NCBI GenBank assembly: GCA_963762565.1
Contig: CAVXLD010000014.1
Coordinates: 64,001 to 128,000, forward strand
Origin: an uncultured Verrucomicrobiae bacterium
GTDB lineage: Bacteria; Verrucomicrobiota; Verrucomicrobiia; Chthoniobacterales; JAFAMB01
Length of the DNA stretch: 64,000 bases
Direction: 5' to 3'
The position numbers and the translations under genes were made by a program. Each line of letters opens with the position of its first letter. Positions within the stretch are counted from its first letter, which is position 1. This document shows, in pieces, positions 20,517 through 31,389 of the stretch. Under the pieces are notes generated by a model. The model saw nothing but the letters and a program-made list of their open reading frames with translations, was not told the origin of the DNA and made no database searches.

Positions 20517-20849
20517 GGGAGGGATCGCGTCCTCGCGATCCGTCGTTACCGACGTCGAGGACGTGTTGTGATCGCGGAGGAAAACACACCCTTGGGGTGC
20601 TGGCACGTCCTCGCGGTGCGCGGGGACGCGCGCCCTCCCCGAATACGTGACCACGAGCCCATCGCTGGGAGGGATCGCGTCCTCGCGATCCGCCGTTAAC
20701 GAAGTCGAGCACGTGTTCTAATCGCCGACAAAAATACACCCTTGGGTTCTGGCACGTCCTCGCGGCGCGCGGGGATCCGACGTCGCCTGCGTGGGAGAAA
20801 AATCGATTGGATGCATCAGGCTATGTCGGACAGGCAACGCGCCCTCCCC
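20517..20849 (+). repeat. Tandem pair of REPIN-like A/B elements (20517-20640; 20667-20849 with 59-bp insert)
   Basis: Direct repeat of REP-A, spacer, REP-B. Confidence 0.92.
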
Positions 20850-20902
20850 GAATTGCGCCCCGCGAATGAGGGGTTGGGGTGCTTTTAGCATTCCTCTAAA
20901 AC

Positions 20903-21790
20903 CTAAGCTGTTGCTCCCTCTCGAAAGAACGCAACCGCGTCGTCGATTGACGTTTCAGCGTTAATAGGCACAAATGGTTGCTTCTTGAACCAAGTTATTT
21001 GCCTTCTTGCGTATTGCCGCGTCGCCGCCTGGATCGTCTGGAGGCAGTCCTCGAAAGAGATCGCTTCGAGCAAGAACTCGCGGATCTCGGGTACCCCGAT
21101 CATTTGGGCTGCGGTCGGGCTCAAGTCGCCTGCGGAGGCTACTTCTTGGATCGCGCCGTTCTCTAACATCCACCTGACCCGTTGGTCGATCCGATTGTGC
21201 AGCTGCTCTCTCGGTCGGGTTAACAATAACCCACGAAATTTCGCCTCGTTAGGGTTTGAGCGCCGATAGGCAGAGAAGGGCTTACCTGTCATCCGAATGA
21301 CTTCCAGCGCGCGCTCGACTCGGCGCCGGTTGTGTTGATCGATTCGATCAAATGTTACCAGGTCTGAACGCTGGAGCTCCGAGAGCAAAGCCTCTAAAGC
21401 CTGTCCGGCCAGTTGCCTTCGGACCTCGGGATCACTGGGCGGCAGGTCGGGAAGAGGGTTCAAGAGCGCTTCAATATAAAAGCCCGAACCTCCGACCAGA
21501 ATCGGCGCCAATCCTCGCTGGTTAAGCTTCTGGATTTCCGCTGCAGCGAGGGCAGCATACCGCGCCGCGTCACAACTCTCCGTTACAGGCAAAGTGCCGA
21601 TGAGATGATGTCTGACTCGGCTTTGTAAAGCTGATGAAGGCTTTCCCGATAAAGTCTGAAACCCTTGGTAAATTTGAAAGGCATCCGCCCCGACGATCTC
21701 GGTTCCGAGCCGTTCGGCGATTTCGACGGCGAATTCGCTCTTACCGACAGCAGTGGGTCCGGCCAGGACGAAGAATCGCATGGCATTCAC
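20903..21790 (-). CDS. miaA: tRNA dimethylallyltransferase
   Basis: GPTAVGKS, DAFQIY, VGGSGFY, TRQYARRQITWF. Confidence 0.96.
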   Translation of the reverse strand: MNAMRFFVLAGPTAVGKSEFAVEIAERLGTEIVGADAFQIYQGFQTLSGKPSSALQSRVRHHLIGTLPVTESCDAARYAALAAAEIQKLNQRGLAPILVGGSGFYIEALLNPLPDLPPSDPEVRRQLAGQALEALLSELQRSDLVTFDRIDQHNRRRVERALEVIRMTGKPFSAYRRSNPNEAKFRGLLLTRPREQLHNRIDQRVRWMLENGAIQEVASAGDLSPTAAQMIGVPEIREFLLEAISFEDCLQTIQAATRQYARRQITWFKKQPFVPINAETSIDDAVAFFREGATA

Positions 21791-21915
21791 TTAGTGTCCT
21801 GTCCCACAAATAGGCCGGCGGCGAAAGCCATGTTATTTATGGGACAGGACAGACAAAAAAAAGAAACCCGCTTCTGTAAAAACAAAAGCGGGTTTCAAGC
21901 TCTGTTGGAGGAACG

Positions 21916-22461
21916 TTACGTAGCGCGTTCGATATCTGGTGTCTTCGCACCGCTGACCACAAGCTTGCGTCCAAGAAACTCTTTGTCATGGAGTTCTTTA
22001 ACTGCTCGCCTAGCTTCCTCGAGCGTCGTCATCTGGACGAACGCGAATCCTTTCGAGCGCTGGGTATACTTGTGGCAGACCACTTCAGCGTTACGCACTT
22101 GGCCGACCCCGTTAAAGAGATCAAACAAGTCGCTTTCGGTGGCATCGAACGAGAGGTTACCTACATAGAGCTTAGGAGAGGTAACCTCGACCAGTTCAGG
22201 CTTACGACTTATTTTTTCTTTCGTCGCGCCATTCTGACCCTGTCTCTCGATAGGTTTGGGAGGGGCCGCTACTTGAGGGCCCTTAAAGAAAGCGATAACT
22301 CGCTGCCAAAACGTGAGTTTTGCTTTTGGTTTTGGGTTTGCGCTTGGGGCACCTACTGGGGCAGAGCGTTTGCGGCGTCCCCTACGAGAGCGTCGTCCTG
22401 AGTAATGCATTGATTGGGATTTCATTGGGTCACGAGTATGAAGTTCATCGGTGAAGGGCAT
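21916..22461 (-). CDS. RRM RNA-binding protein with basic N-terminal extension
   Basis: RNP2 LYVGNL, RNP1 KGFAFVQM; start uncertain. Confidence 0.88.
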   Translation of the reverse strand: MPFTDELHTRDPMKSQSMHYSGRRSRRGRRKRSAPVGAPSANPKPKAKLTFWQRVIAFFKGPQVAAPPKPIERQGQNGATKEKISRKPELVEVTSPKLYVGNLSFDATESDLFDLFNGVGQVRNAEVVCHKYTQRSKGFAFVQMTTLEEARRAVKELHDKEFLGRKLVVSGAKTPDIERAT

Positions 22462-22740
22462 GCATTACGCACACTGAGAAAGAACAGTTTGGGCCGAAAT
22501 AACCCTCTAACCCAAGGCCTTCACCCTGACTGACGAGATTTGCCGTCGTAATTACTGTGTGAGCGTCCAGCCGAGCTATCCCGATTAAGGGGATCGCCAT
22601 GCTAAGGAGAGAATTCCACAAACAAAGCGACCTTGCCCACTAGATTCCGGGCTCACAAGCCATCACCCCGGATCTCCCGTCGTTACGATAGATCTATAGT
22701 TGAATCTGCGAGCTAGGGCAAACGCTTTATCGGATCTGTC

Positions 22741-23072
22741 AATCGTAATCGTCCTCGTCGTTGAATGAAGGGCCCAGTGGCCCCCCTTGCCCAGCGCTCG
22801 GAGGGGAGCCGCTTTGTAGGTCAGCAGATCTGTAATATTGCAGCAGGCGGCTCCCGGGAAGGGCAGAGGGTTTAGCACGCTACCTGATGAGGTGTAATCT
22901 AATCCACCGGCGAAAACCCCTCGGTAAGAGCTTGGCGCTGGGTAATTCCCGGGAGCCGCCTGTCAGCAACAGATAGAACTACCACGCGATAAAGCGGCTC
23001 CCCTCCGCACGCTGGGTGGGCGATACCGTTGCGGCCTTCTTTTCGAGGACGAGGACAACGACGAGAACGATT
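22741..23072. repeat. Large nested inverted repeat with TCGTCC/GACGAG hexamer arms and GGAG-REP-like doublet
   Basis: 24/26-bp IR near 22790-22815/22991-23016; 17-bp IR CAGGCGGCTCCCGGGAA/TTCCCGGGAGCCGCCTG. Confidence 0.85.
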
Positions 23073-23086
23073 ACCAGTAGTCGCCC

Positions 23087-26000
23087 CTATGCAACCCGGC
23101 CGTGGCAATTCTTATATTTTTTGCCGCTTCCGCAGGGGCAAGGCTCATTTCGACCGACTGTGACTGTCCTTTGCCGTTGAGGGATCACCAGCTCTACTTC
23201 GCCATCGCCATCACCGTTATCATCGGTTTGACCGCCACCGCTCAACCCAAGATTTTCCCGCCTTGGGATCGGCCCGGGTCCGGGTCGAGTTGCTGGGGCT
23301 TGCCCTAAATCGGGAGCGTTCAGACCAAATGGAAGCGTGGCCAGGAACTGTTCGAACGCCATTAGATTGGTGGTGCTTCTAAAGAGATTCGAAAGCACCT
23401 CGCTCTTAATGTTTCCCATCAGCTGGCTGAACATCTCGTAGGCTTCCGCCTTATACTCCACCAGAGGATCCTTTTGGCCGTAGCTGCGCAGATAAATACC
23501 CTCACGCAGCCCGTCCATGGCATAGAGATGCTCTTGCCAAAGCCGGTCGATCGCATTCAAAAGGATGTAGCGCTCGAGACCGGCCACGGCTTCGCTTTCT
23601 TCATGCTGAACCTTGTGTCCGTAGGCGGTTTTGATCTTCTCGATAATAAACGCCGAATTTTCCTCGAGGGTCCGGGTCTGCAAATTTGCAGTTGAACGAC
23701 TGAGAGCCAGCGGGAATGTCGTGTTAACCCATTGTAGCAACCCGTCTGCGTTAGGATCCGAGCCATCGACCGGTTCCAGGTATTCGCGAACCCTCTCCGG
23801 CACAACGTCGTCGACGATTTCGAAAATCATTTTCCGTGGGTCGGTGGTTTCAAGCGCCTCATTACGCAAGGTGTAAATCACCTCGCGTTGCTTGTTCATC
23901 ACATCGTCGAAGTCGAGGGTCCGTTTTCGGATCTGATAATTCCGTTGTTCTACTCGCTTCTGCGCGGTCTCGACGCTCTTATTAAGCCAGACATGCTCGA
24001 GCTCTTCGCCCTCTTTAAGACCGAACCGCTCCATCATTGCGGTCATTCGTTCAGAGGCGCCAAAATTACGCATCAAATCGTCCTCGAAACTGACGTAGAA
24101 TCGCGAGGAGCCCGGGTCACCTTGTCGAGCACAACGGCCCCGCAGCTGGCGGTCAACCCGGCGTGACTCGTGTCGCTCGGTAGCCAGAACATGTAGACCG
24201 CCTAGCTCCGGAACGCCGTCGCCGAGCTTAATGTCAGTTCCGCGACCAGCCATGTTGGTGGATATGGTCACGGTCCCACGCTGCCCCGCTCGCGCCACGA
24301 TTTCGGCCTCTTGCCGGTGATACTTAGCGTTGAGGACATTGTGCGGGATTTTTTCCCGCTTCAGCATCCGTGACACTAGCTCTGAAGCTTCCACCGACGC
24401 CGTTCCAACCAAAACCGGCTGCCCCTTTGCGTAACAGTTTCTGATTTCATCAATGACCGCGTTGTACTTCTCGCGCCGGGTCTTATAAATCCGGTCGTTG
24501 TTGTCTTTTCGGACACAAGGTCGATTCGTCGGAATCACCACCACGTCCAGCTTATAAATATCGTGAAATTCGTTGGCCTCGGTCTCGGCCGTTCCCGTCA
24601 TTCCGGCTAGTTTATGGTAGAGCCGGAAATAGTTCTGAATGGTGATCGTCGCTAAGGTCTGCGTTTCCCGGTCAATTTGGACGCCTTCTTTGGCCTCAAC
24701 CGCTTGATGCAGGCCGTCGCTCCAACGGCGTCCCGGCATCTTGCGCCCGGTGTGCTCGTCCACGATGATAACTTTGTTTTCTTCGACCACGTACTCGACG
24801 TCCTTCTCGAAGAGGCAATAAGCCCGCAGCAATTGCGAGATGTTGTGAATCCGCTCGGCCTGGCTATCGCAGTACTGCTGTCTGGCCCGCTTTCTCTCGT
24901 CCTTCTGTTCGGAGGTTAGATTCGGGTCCAGATCGATTTCGGTAAATTCACTGATCAGGTCGGGCAGAACAAATGCGTCCGGCTCATCCGGATTCAGATA
25001 GGAACGCCCCATTTCTGAGAGGTCCGCTTCCTGTTGGCGCTCGTTAATGGCGAAGTAGAGCTCTTCCTTCAGGGCAAATAGTTCGTCCTTCCGCGAGTCC
25101 TGATAAAACGAAAGCTCAGATTTATCGAGCGCTTTGCGGTTTTCCGGGTCTTCCATCATCCGGAGAAGGGCTTTGTTTCTTGGCTGACCTAGCTTCACCT
25201 TAAACAGGAGCCGGCCCGCTTCTTCGAAAGCTTCCTTGTCCAAAGCCTCTTTGGCCTCCGAAACCAGCCGAGTACAAAGCATCGTCTGTCGTTTCACCAA
25301 CTGTTCGACCAAGGGCTTAAATTTGTCGTACTGGTGAGATGAAACCGTGGCTGGACCGCTGATGATCAATGGCGTTCTGGCCTCGTCGATCAGGATTGAG
25401 TCGACCTCATCGACGATCGCATAGTAGTGACCTCGTTGGACCTGCTGTTCTTTCGAGGTCGCCATCCCATTGTCACGGAGATAATCGAATCCGAATTCGC
25501 TGTTGGTGCCGTAGGTGAAATCGCAATCGTACTGCGCTTTCCTTTCGACTGGCGATTGGTCGTGTTGAATGCAGCCGACCGTCAGGCCAAGGGATTTGTA
25601 TATTTCGCCCATCCACTCAGCGTCACGTCTGGCCAGGTAATCGTTAACCGTGACCAGATGAACTCCCCGGCCAGAAAGAGCGTTTAAGTACAGGGGACAG
25701 GTTGCAACCAGGGTCTTGCCTTCGCCGGTCGCCATTTCGGCGATTTTCCCCTGATGCAGCCCAATGCCACCCATCAGCTGCACGTCGAAGTGGATCATAT
25801 TCCACGTCACAGGTTGATCGCAGACCGGCCAAGTCTTGTCCCAAAGCCGGCGAGCTACATTCTTCACCAGAGCGAATGCTTCCGGCAGGAGTTCGTTAAG
25901 CCGGCGCGCCAGCTCCTCCGGATCGTCGATGTTTACCAAATCCGCCTTCCAACCGAGGCTCTTAGCGCGGACCTCTTCATCGCTTAGCTTCTGGTACTCT

Positions 26001-26098
26001 TCTTCCAGCGCGTTGATCCGAGCGACCAACGGCCGCAGCCGGCGTACCTCACGCTGGTTCTTTGATCCCAGGATCGCCTTTAATACCAAGTTAGCCAT
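23087..26098 (-). CDS. secA: Preprotein translocase subunit SecA (long form)
   Basis: [63 protein letters not shown]. Confidence 0.99.
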   Translation of the reverse strand: MANLVLKAILGSKNQREVRRLRPLVARINALEEEYQKLSDEEVRAKSLGWKADLVNIDDPEELARRLNELLPEAFALVKNVARRLWDKTWPVCDQPVTWNMIHFDVQLMGGIGLHQGKIAEMATGEGKTLVATCPLYLNALSGRGVHLVTVNDYLARRDAEWMGEIYKSLGLTVGCIQHDQSPVERKAQYDCDFTYGTNSEFGFDYLRDNGMATSKEQQVQRGHYYAIVDEVDSILIDEARTPLIISGPATVSSHQYDKFKPLVEQLVKRQTMLCTRLVSEAKEALDKEAFEEAGRLLFKVKLGQPRNKALLRMMEDPENRKALDKSELSFYQDSRKDELFALKEELYFAINERQQEADLSEMGRSYLNPDEPDAFVLPDLISEFTEIDLDPNLTSEQKDERKRARQQYCDSQAERIHNISQLLRAYCLFEKDVEYVVEENKVIIVDEHTGRKMPGRRWSDGLHQAVEAKEGVQIDRETQTLATITIQNYFRLYHKLAGMTGTAETEANEFHDIYKLDVVVIPTNRPCVRKDNNDRIYKTRREKYNAVIDEIRNCYAKGQPVLVGTASVEASELVSRMLKREKIPHNVLNAKYHRQEAEIVARAGQRGTVTISTNMAGRGTDIKLGDGVPELGGLHVLATERHESRRVDRQLRGRCARQGDPGSSRFYVSFEDDLMRNFGASERMTAMMERFGLKEGEELEHVWLNKSVETAQKRVEQRNYQIRKRTLDFDDVMNKQREVIYTLRNEALETTDPRKMIFEIVDDVVPERVREYLEPVDGSDPNADGLLQWVNTTFPLALSRSTANLQTRTLEENSAFIIEKIKTAYGHKVQHEESEAVAGLERYILLNAIDRLWQEHLYAMDGLREGIYLRSYGQKDPLVEYKAEAYEMFSQLMGNIKSEVLSNLFRSTTNLMAFEQFLATLPFGLNAPDLGQAPATRPGPGPIPRRENLGLSGGGQTDDNGDGDGEVELVIPQRQRTVTVGRNEPCPCGSGKKYKNCHGRVA

Positions 26099-26110
26099 AA
26101 CCGCATTATA

Positions 26111-26677
26111 TCATTTGCTGCCCGGCTTCACTGCCGGGATTGATACCAGGTCTGGCGGCAATTGATCCGGGCTGAACGTCTCAACGTCTAGACGTGCCAA
26201 ACTTTCGAATCGGCACCCGAAGTTTGGCCGGTGTTCGCCGCTTCGGTCCACTATTGATCCAACTGCCACTACCGACCCACCATTTTGTTTCACAATGTCG
26301 ATTGTTTCCTGAACTTTTCCACCTCTGGTTACGACGTCTTCAGCCACCAGGAATCGCTCTCCCGATTTTATCGTAAACCCCCGCCGGAGAACGAGTTTCC
26401 CATTCTCCTTCTCCGAGAAGATATGTCGCTTACCTAAATGACGAGCTACTTCCTGGCCCACGATGATTCCGCCCAGAGCCGGCGAAATAACCGAATCGCA
26501 CTCCACATCCCTCAATTTCGCAGCCAATTCGCCGCAGATTTGCGCGGCCAAATCCGAGTATTGCAACACCAAGGCGCACTGGAAATATTCCCGGCTATGT
26601 AGGCCTGAACTGAGAATGAAGTGTCCTCGCAGCAAGGCTCCGGATCGCTCGAATAGCTCTACAATCGGTTCGGGCAC
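26111..26677 (-). CDS. pyrE: Orotate phosphoribosyltransferase
   Basis: GHFILSSGLHS, VAEDVVTRGG PRPP loop; probable GTG start at 26677. Confidence 0.93.
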   Translation of the reverse strand: MPEPIVELFERSGALLRGHFILSSGLHSREYFQCALVLQYSDLAAQICGELAAKLRDVECDSVISPALGGIIVGQEVARHLGKRHIFSEKENGKLVLRRGFTIKSGERFLVAEDVVTRGGKVQETIDIVKQNGGSVVAVGSIVDRSGEHRPNFGCRFESLARLDVETFSPDQLPPDLVSIPAVKPGSK

Positions 26678-26681
26678 AGTC

Positions 26682-27065
26682 TCAGGAAGGTTTAAGAGCA
26701 ATCGCCTCGATCTCGACCTTGGCGCCCTTCGGAAGAGCCGCCACTTGAACGGTCGAACGGGCGGGCGATCCTTCCGGAAAGAATTCACCGTACACTTTGT
26801 TCATTGCGGCGAAATCGTTGAGGTCGGTTAGAAACACAGTTGTTTTTACGACGTGCGCGTAGGAACTCCCTCCCGCCTTTAGTACGGCACCCATGTTCTC
26901 GAGGACCTGCCGAGCTTGAGCACTAATATCATCTCCGACCAAATCTCCCGTTTTCGGTACTATGGGGATCTGACCTGAACAGAACAGAAATTGACCCGCC
27001 CCGATCGCCTGGGAGTAAGGCCCTATCGCGCCAGGTGCGTCAGCCGAGGATACAACCGTCTTCAT
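26682..27065 (-). CDS. ridA: RidA/YjgF-family enamine deaminase
   Basis: [36 protein letters not shown]. Confidence 0.93.
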   Translation of the reverse strand: MKTVVSSADAPGAIGPYSQAIGAGQFLFCSGQIPIVPKTGDLVGDDISAQARQVLENMGAVLKAGGSSYAHVVKTTVFLTDLNDFAAMNKVYGEFFPEGSPARSTVQVAALPKGAKVEIEAIALKPS

Positions 27066-27151
27066 GGAGGCGTTCAAGGGTATTCAGGGACCGGCCACTG
27101 TCAATGCAAACGCACCGATCGGTTGGCCGTGCGCTCACGGGAACAAACAAA

Positions 27152-27262
27152 AGTAAGCAGTAAGAAGTGTTTGGTGTCTTCCGAGAGAGACCGTAGCATT
27201 TTGCCGGCCAGTCACTGCTTACTGCTTACTTCTTACTGCTTACTTGCTTACTGCTTACTGCT
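27152..27262. repeat. Fold-back element with TAAGCAG/CTGCTTA heptamer arms
   Basis: AGTAAGCAGTAAGAAGTG on the left; about seven CTGCTTA units on the right. Confidence 0.9.
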
Positions 27263-27290
27263 GAGCGATCTTTCTTCCCAGCGAGTGGCC

Positions 27291-28385
27291 CTAACCCTTT
27301 AACCTTTTCTCAAGCTCTCCGATCTTCTTCTCGAGCTCCTTCACTCTCTGATTAAGTCGGGACAGCCGCCTGAAGTTCATTAGCTGTTGCAGATGTTCGC
27401 GTAGCGGTAATGCCGGGGAACCCATAACGGTCTGCCGAGGCGGCACGTCGCCAGAGACACCCGATTGAGCTACCACTACGGCATCATCGCCGATGGTAAA
27501 ATGATCTGGTATTCCGGCTTGGCCACCTAGCACAACCCGTTCGCCAAGTTTAGCACTGCCGCCCATGCCGACTTGGGCCACGATCAGGCAATTCTGACCG
27601 ACGGTTACGTTGTGGCCGATCTGGACCAGATTGTCGATTTTGGTACCTCGGCCGATCTTGGTTTCGCCCAGGGTTCCTCGATCGATGCAGGTTCCGGCCC
27701 CAATCTCGACATCGTCATCAATCACGACATTGCCAATCGAGTTGATGCGAAGGGTTTCGCTGTTCGAGTTGGTGATCTCGGTGAGTTCCTTCTTTTGTCT
27801 TGCTGCTTCGATATTACTCGACTGGGCGGCTACGAACGAGAATCCGTCTCCCCCGATGCTGACGTTCGGTTGGATGATCACCCGGTTCCCAATTTTACAA
27901 CGATCGCCGACGCTTACTCCCGGATGCAGCAGAGCTTTCAGCCCGATTTCTACTTCCGCACCGACATTAACGTTGCTAATCAAGCGGGTTCCGGCGCCAA
28001 TCACCGAATTGGGGCCAACCCAGCAATGCGGGCCGATGCTAACCTTTTCGCCGATCTTGGCGGTCGGATCGATCACCGCGGTTGCATGAATCCCTTCCTC
28101 TGAGTAGACCGGACGCTCGAACAGCTCTAGGAGCCGGGCCAGAGCCACTTGTGGGCGAGACACCAAAATGTAGTTCGGAACGTCGATCGATTTCAGATCC
28201 GCCGGGGCGATCGCATTGGTTGCCTGGTTCTGCTTAAGGTAATCCAATACATTGGCGGAAAGGACCAAAGCTAAATCATTGGGTTCGCGAACGAGAGCCG
28301 GGTGAAGAATTCTGGTGATGATGACTCCAGGATCACCCTGCAGCTCCCCATCCACGTATTTGGCGATTTCGCCTAGGGTTTTCAT
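27291..28385 (-). CDS. lpxD: UDP-3-O-acyl-glucosamine N-acyltransferase (paralog 2)
   Basis: Hexapeptide repeats, [24 protein letters not shown]. Confidence 0.93.
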   Translation of the reverse strand: MKTLGEIAKYVDGELQGDPGVIITRILHPALVREPNDLALVLSANVLDYLKQNQATNAIAPADLKSIDVPNYILVSRPQVALARLLELFERPVYSEEGIHATAVIDPTAKIGEKVSIGPHCWVGPNSVIGAGTRLISNVNVGAEVEIGLKALLHPGVSVGDRCKIGNRVIIQPNVSIGGDGFSFVAAQSSNIEAARQKKELTEITNSNSETLRINSIGNVVIDDDVEIGAGTCIDRGTLGETKIGRGTKIDNLVQIGHNVTVGQNCLIVAQVGMGGSAKLGERVVLGGQAGIPDHFTIGDDAVVVAQSGVSGDVPPRQTVMGSPALPLREHLQQLMNFRRLSRLNQRVKELEKKIGELEKRLKG

Positions 28386-28407
28386 GAATAGCGAGCAGAC
28401 CACCGAC

Positions 28408-28472
28408 AACTTAAAACTTATAACCTATAACCTAAAACTTATAAACTTATAACTTATAACTTATAACTTCTA
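28408..28472. repeat. Tandem AACTTAT heptamer tract (about nine degenerate units)
   Basis: Fills most of the spacer between the two lpxD genes; no inverted partner. Confidence 0.9.
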
Positions 28473-29570
28473 ACCTTTGAGCTGTTGCAGCTCTTTCTGC
28501 AAATCTTCAACGGCCTTCTGCAGCTCCTTCAATTGGCGTTGCATTGTTGGGAGGCGTTTCAGCTGTACCTGGCGTTCCAGGAACTCTCGCAGAGGCACTG
28601 CCGGGGTTGAACCGACTGCTTGTTTGGCCGGCACATTCCCGGCCACACCGGCTTGGGCCCAAATCACTGCGTCATCGCCGACCGCCATGTGGTCCGGCAG
28701 ACCGGATTGTCCGCCCATCACCACGCGGTCACCAACCTTTGAGCTGCCTGCGAGGCCAGCCAACCCTGCGATCAAGCAGTTTCGTCCGATCGTCACATTG
28801 TGACCGACCTGAACCAGGTTATCGAGCTTGCTTCCGCTGCCGATGCGGGTCTCGCCCAAGGTACCTCGATCGATGCAAGCGCCTGCACCGATCTCGACGT
28901 GATCTTCGATGACCACGTTCCCGATCGAATTGACCCGGACGATCTCGTAATTAAAACTGGTAACCTCGGTTTTCTTATTTGGCCTGACCGACTCGACGCT
29001 CCCGGGTTCCGGCGTCACAAAGGAAAAACCGTCACCGCCGACCGTCGCGTTCGGTTGGATTATGACGTGGTTGCCAATCTCACAACGATCACCGACGAAG
29101 ACGCCAGCATGGAGGAGAGTCTGGTTTCCGATGCTGACCTCAGCGCCGATGCTCACGTTGCTGATCAGGCGGCATCCGGTTCCAATCACGGTATTTGGCC
29201 CGATCCAGCAATGTGGACCGATACTGGTGTTGGCGCCGATCTTTGCGGTCGGATCGATCACCGCGCTGGGATGGATACCCTCGGTCGAATAAGCGGGGCG
29301 TTCGAACAATTCGAGAAGGCGAGCCAGTGCCAGGCGCGGTCTTGGCACCAGAACAAAGTTCGGGACATCGACCGGCCCAAGCTCTGCCGGGACCACCGCA
29401 TTCATTACCTGATTCTGTTTGAGGAGCTCGATAACGCTCCCGGAAAGGACGAGAGCTAAATCTTGCGGGCCACGAACCAGAGCCGGGTGGACCACCCTGG
29501 TAATCGCAACATCGGTATCTCCGCGGAGCTCACCATCTAAGTACTTCGCGATTTGGCCCAAGGTTTTCAT
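28470..29570 (-). CDS. lpxD: UDP-3-O-acyl-glucosamine N-acyltransferase (paralog 1)
   Basis: Hexapeptide repeats, GGDGFSF, IDRGT, KLDNLVQVGHNV. Confidence 0.94.
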   Translation of the reverse strand: MKTLGQIAKYLDGELRGDTDVAITRVVHPALVRGPQDLALVLSGSVIELLKQNQVMNAVVPAELGPVDVPNFVLVPRPRLALARLLELFERPAYSTEGIHPSAVIDPTAKIGANTSIGPHCWIGPNTVIGTGCRLISNVSIGAEVSIGNQTLLHAGVFVGDRCEIGNHVIIQPNATVGGDGFSFVTPEPGSVESVRPNKKTEVTSFNYEIVRVNSIGNVVIEDHVEIGAGACIDRGTLGETRIGSGSKLDNLVQVGHNVTIGRNCLIAGLAGLAGSSKVGDRVVMGGQSGLPDHMAVGDDAVIWAQAGVAGNVPAKQAVGSTPAVPLREFLERQVQLKRLPTMQRQLKELQKAVEDLQKELQQLKG

Positions 29571-29624
29571 AGGGCCCTAAATAATTCGCTGACCCGCACC
29601 ATCGTCAAGCAAAGGAATCGACAG

Positions 29625-29704
29625 GGGGGCGTCGCCATTACTCCAATACTCCCGCCCGCAACGCTTCGCGTAGCGATGCGGGCGGGCCGACGCTCCATCA
29701 CTCC
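29625..29704. repeat. ATTACTCC-type octamer arm interrupted by a 37-bp palindromic element
   Basis: 29648-29684 is identical to 46127-46163. Confidence 0.8.
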
Positions 29705-29730
29705 GGGACAACGAAGCCCTTGGTGAGTGA

Positions 29731-30489
29731 TTAAGGATTGTGAACTTCATACGTCTGCTGCACTAGCATGTCCCAGGAATCGGTTTTCCCAGCACTTAGT
29801 TTGCGGGTGACGGCTTCGCTGGTGGCCGTGGCTGCTCGGAAAACGACTGGCGACTTCGAATCAGGTGCGGCAGCGATTTGCAGGTGCAATATGGAGCCGG
29901 TCCTGGCGTAGAACGTGATCGCGTAACGGTCAGGTCCGACCGGGTACTCACCAAGCTCGGTCCCATTCAACAGCAAATTGACGGCGCCCGTTTCATGTTG
30001 GTCGCCGGGTTCAAACCACATTGTGTAAGCTGCCACCCGCCCTTGATCCAGATCGTCGCTCATCTGTTTCACTAAAGGCCCAATTGCCAGCGTCACCGCT
30101 CCGTGCGTAAGAGAATTGCGCACTTCAGTGAGAGTATCGGCTGGCAGTCGTCGCTGGGCTTCGGCCCACAAATAAAAAGCCAAGCGTTGGTCAACCTGAT
30201 TTTGGTGCAAATAGGTCTTCCCGAGATTGGTCGTTTCCGGATCGATATCCTGATCGGTTAATTGGAGGGTCTTGCTTTGCGGGTTGGGATCATCGAATCC
30301 GCCGTTCATCAGAAGGGTTACCACTATCGCGGCTAACGCAAGAACCCCGAGCCAAAGGCTCACTCGGATGGCGAGCGGCACCCACCAGATTCCGGATCGG
30401 TGGGAATGATGGCGACGTCTTCGTCTCGAAACAGCCGTGCTCGAGTTTCGGGAAGATGCCGATGAACGACGAGACGGAACAGCAGACAT
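29731..30489 (-). CDS. Hypothetical single-pass membrane protein
   Basis: Basic N-terminus, one TM helix, soluble C-terminal domain; start uncertain. Confidence 0.65.
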   Translation of the reverse strand: MSAVPSRRSSASSRNSSTAVSRRRRRHHSHRSGIWWVPLAIRVSLWLGVLALAAIVVTLLMNGGFDDPNPQSKTLQLTDQDIDPETTNLGKTYLHQNQVDQRLAFYLWAEAQRRLPADTLTEVRNSLTHGAVTLAIGPLVKQMSDDLDQGRVAAYTMWFEPGDQHETGAVNLLLNGTELGEYPVGPDRYAITFYARTGSILHLQIAAAPDSKSPVVFRAATATSEAVTRKLSAGKTDSWDMLVQQTYEVHNP

Positions 30490-30620
30490 AAGACGGCCTA
30501 ATTCTGCCTTAACTTGTCATCGAAGCCAAGCAGTTAGCCCGATTTTTGCATCGATGATGGTGAATGACCGGGTGAGGCGATCACTGGGCGGTGGAAGACG
30601 GAGGAGGCAAAAATCGGGCT

Positions 30621-30929
30621 GTGAGAAGTGAGATGTGAGAGGTGATTGGTTTGGTGGGGCGAGGCTCCCGAAAGAGCTAACAATCGGTCCGAAGTGCTCT
30701 GCGTTCCGACGCTCTATTGTTTGTGGGGCTCATTCGCGCGCCGAGCCGGTCCCTCGACGTGGCAACTCCAGGGCCCGGCTCCCCACGCGTTTCGGTGTCG
30801 TGGACGAAAGAGCAACGGTAGGTCGAATCTTTTTGGGCAGCATTTCTGCACTTTCGGGAGCCTCGCCCCACCAAATTAGGCCCCCTCGCCCCACCTCTCA
30901 CTTCTCACTTCTCACCAATCACTTCTCAC
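30621..30929. repeat. Nested fold-back element: GTGAGAA/TTCTCAC arms around a GTGG-REP doublet
   Basis: Perfect 25-bp IR 30650-30674/30851-30875 inside heptamer tracts. Confidence 0.93.
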
Positions 30930-31336
30930 TGCCTGGTCAGTCCCAACACTCCTTCAAACTCGTTCTTCGAAAGCGACATGACTGAGAGCCGGCCCTGGCG
31001 CAACAAAGGGATTTGGGCGAGCGCCGGATCGGATTTTATTTTCTCCAACGTGACCGGCGGATTAACTGGTCGCACCGGTTTGATCTCGACAGCCGACCAG
31101 TCTCCGCTCGTGGCAGTCGGATCTGGGAAAGCTTCTCGACTCACCACTGCAATGCCGACTACGGCTTTACCATTTACGCTGTGATAGTAAAGGACTTGGT
31201 CACCGGCCTTCATGGAACGAAGGTTGTTTCGAGCTTGGAAATTGCGGACGCCCGTCCAATCCGTCTTGCCATCCACCACAAACTGGTCCCAGGAATAGGC
31301 AGTGGGTTCTTGCTTAACCAGCCAGTATTGACTCAT
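30926..31336 (-). CDS. EVE-domain protein
   Basis: YWLVKQEP, WTGVRNFQARNNL, LYYHS, RLSV. Confidence 0.95.
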   Translation of the reverse strand: MSQYWLVKQEPTAYSWDQFVVDGKTDWTGVRNFQARNNLRSMKAGDQVLYYHSVNGKAVVGIAVVSREAFPDPTATSGDWSAVEIKPVRPVNPPVTLEKIKSDPALAQIPLLRQGRLSVMSLSKNEFEGVLGLTRQ

Positions 31337-31389
31337 TTCTGCAAATATAGTGGCATTCCACCGATCTTCGAATTCGTTTGTCTACGTAA

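Noticed and set aside
20517..20849. Possible CRISPR array
   Set aside because: Only two units, the spacers are homologous to each other, copies are dispersed in both orientations, and no cas genes are present.
22865..22925. Hammerhead-ribozyme-like CTGATGAG...CGAAA motif
   Set aside because: Stem II (GGTG/CACC) is separated from GAAA by three extra bases and stem I cannot close properly; a chance match inside the larger inverted repeat is more likely. An Rfam search would settle it.
27573..29459. Long plus-strand ORFs opposite the lpxD genes
   Set aside because: Antisense shadows of hexapeptide-repeat genes with no independent motifs.
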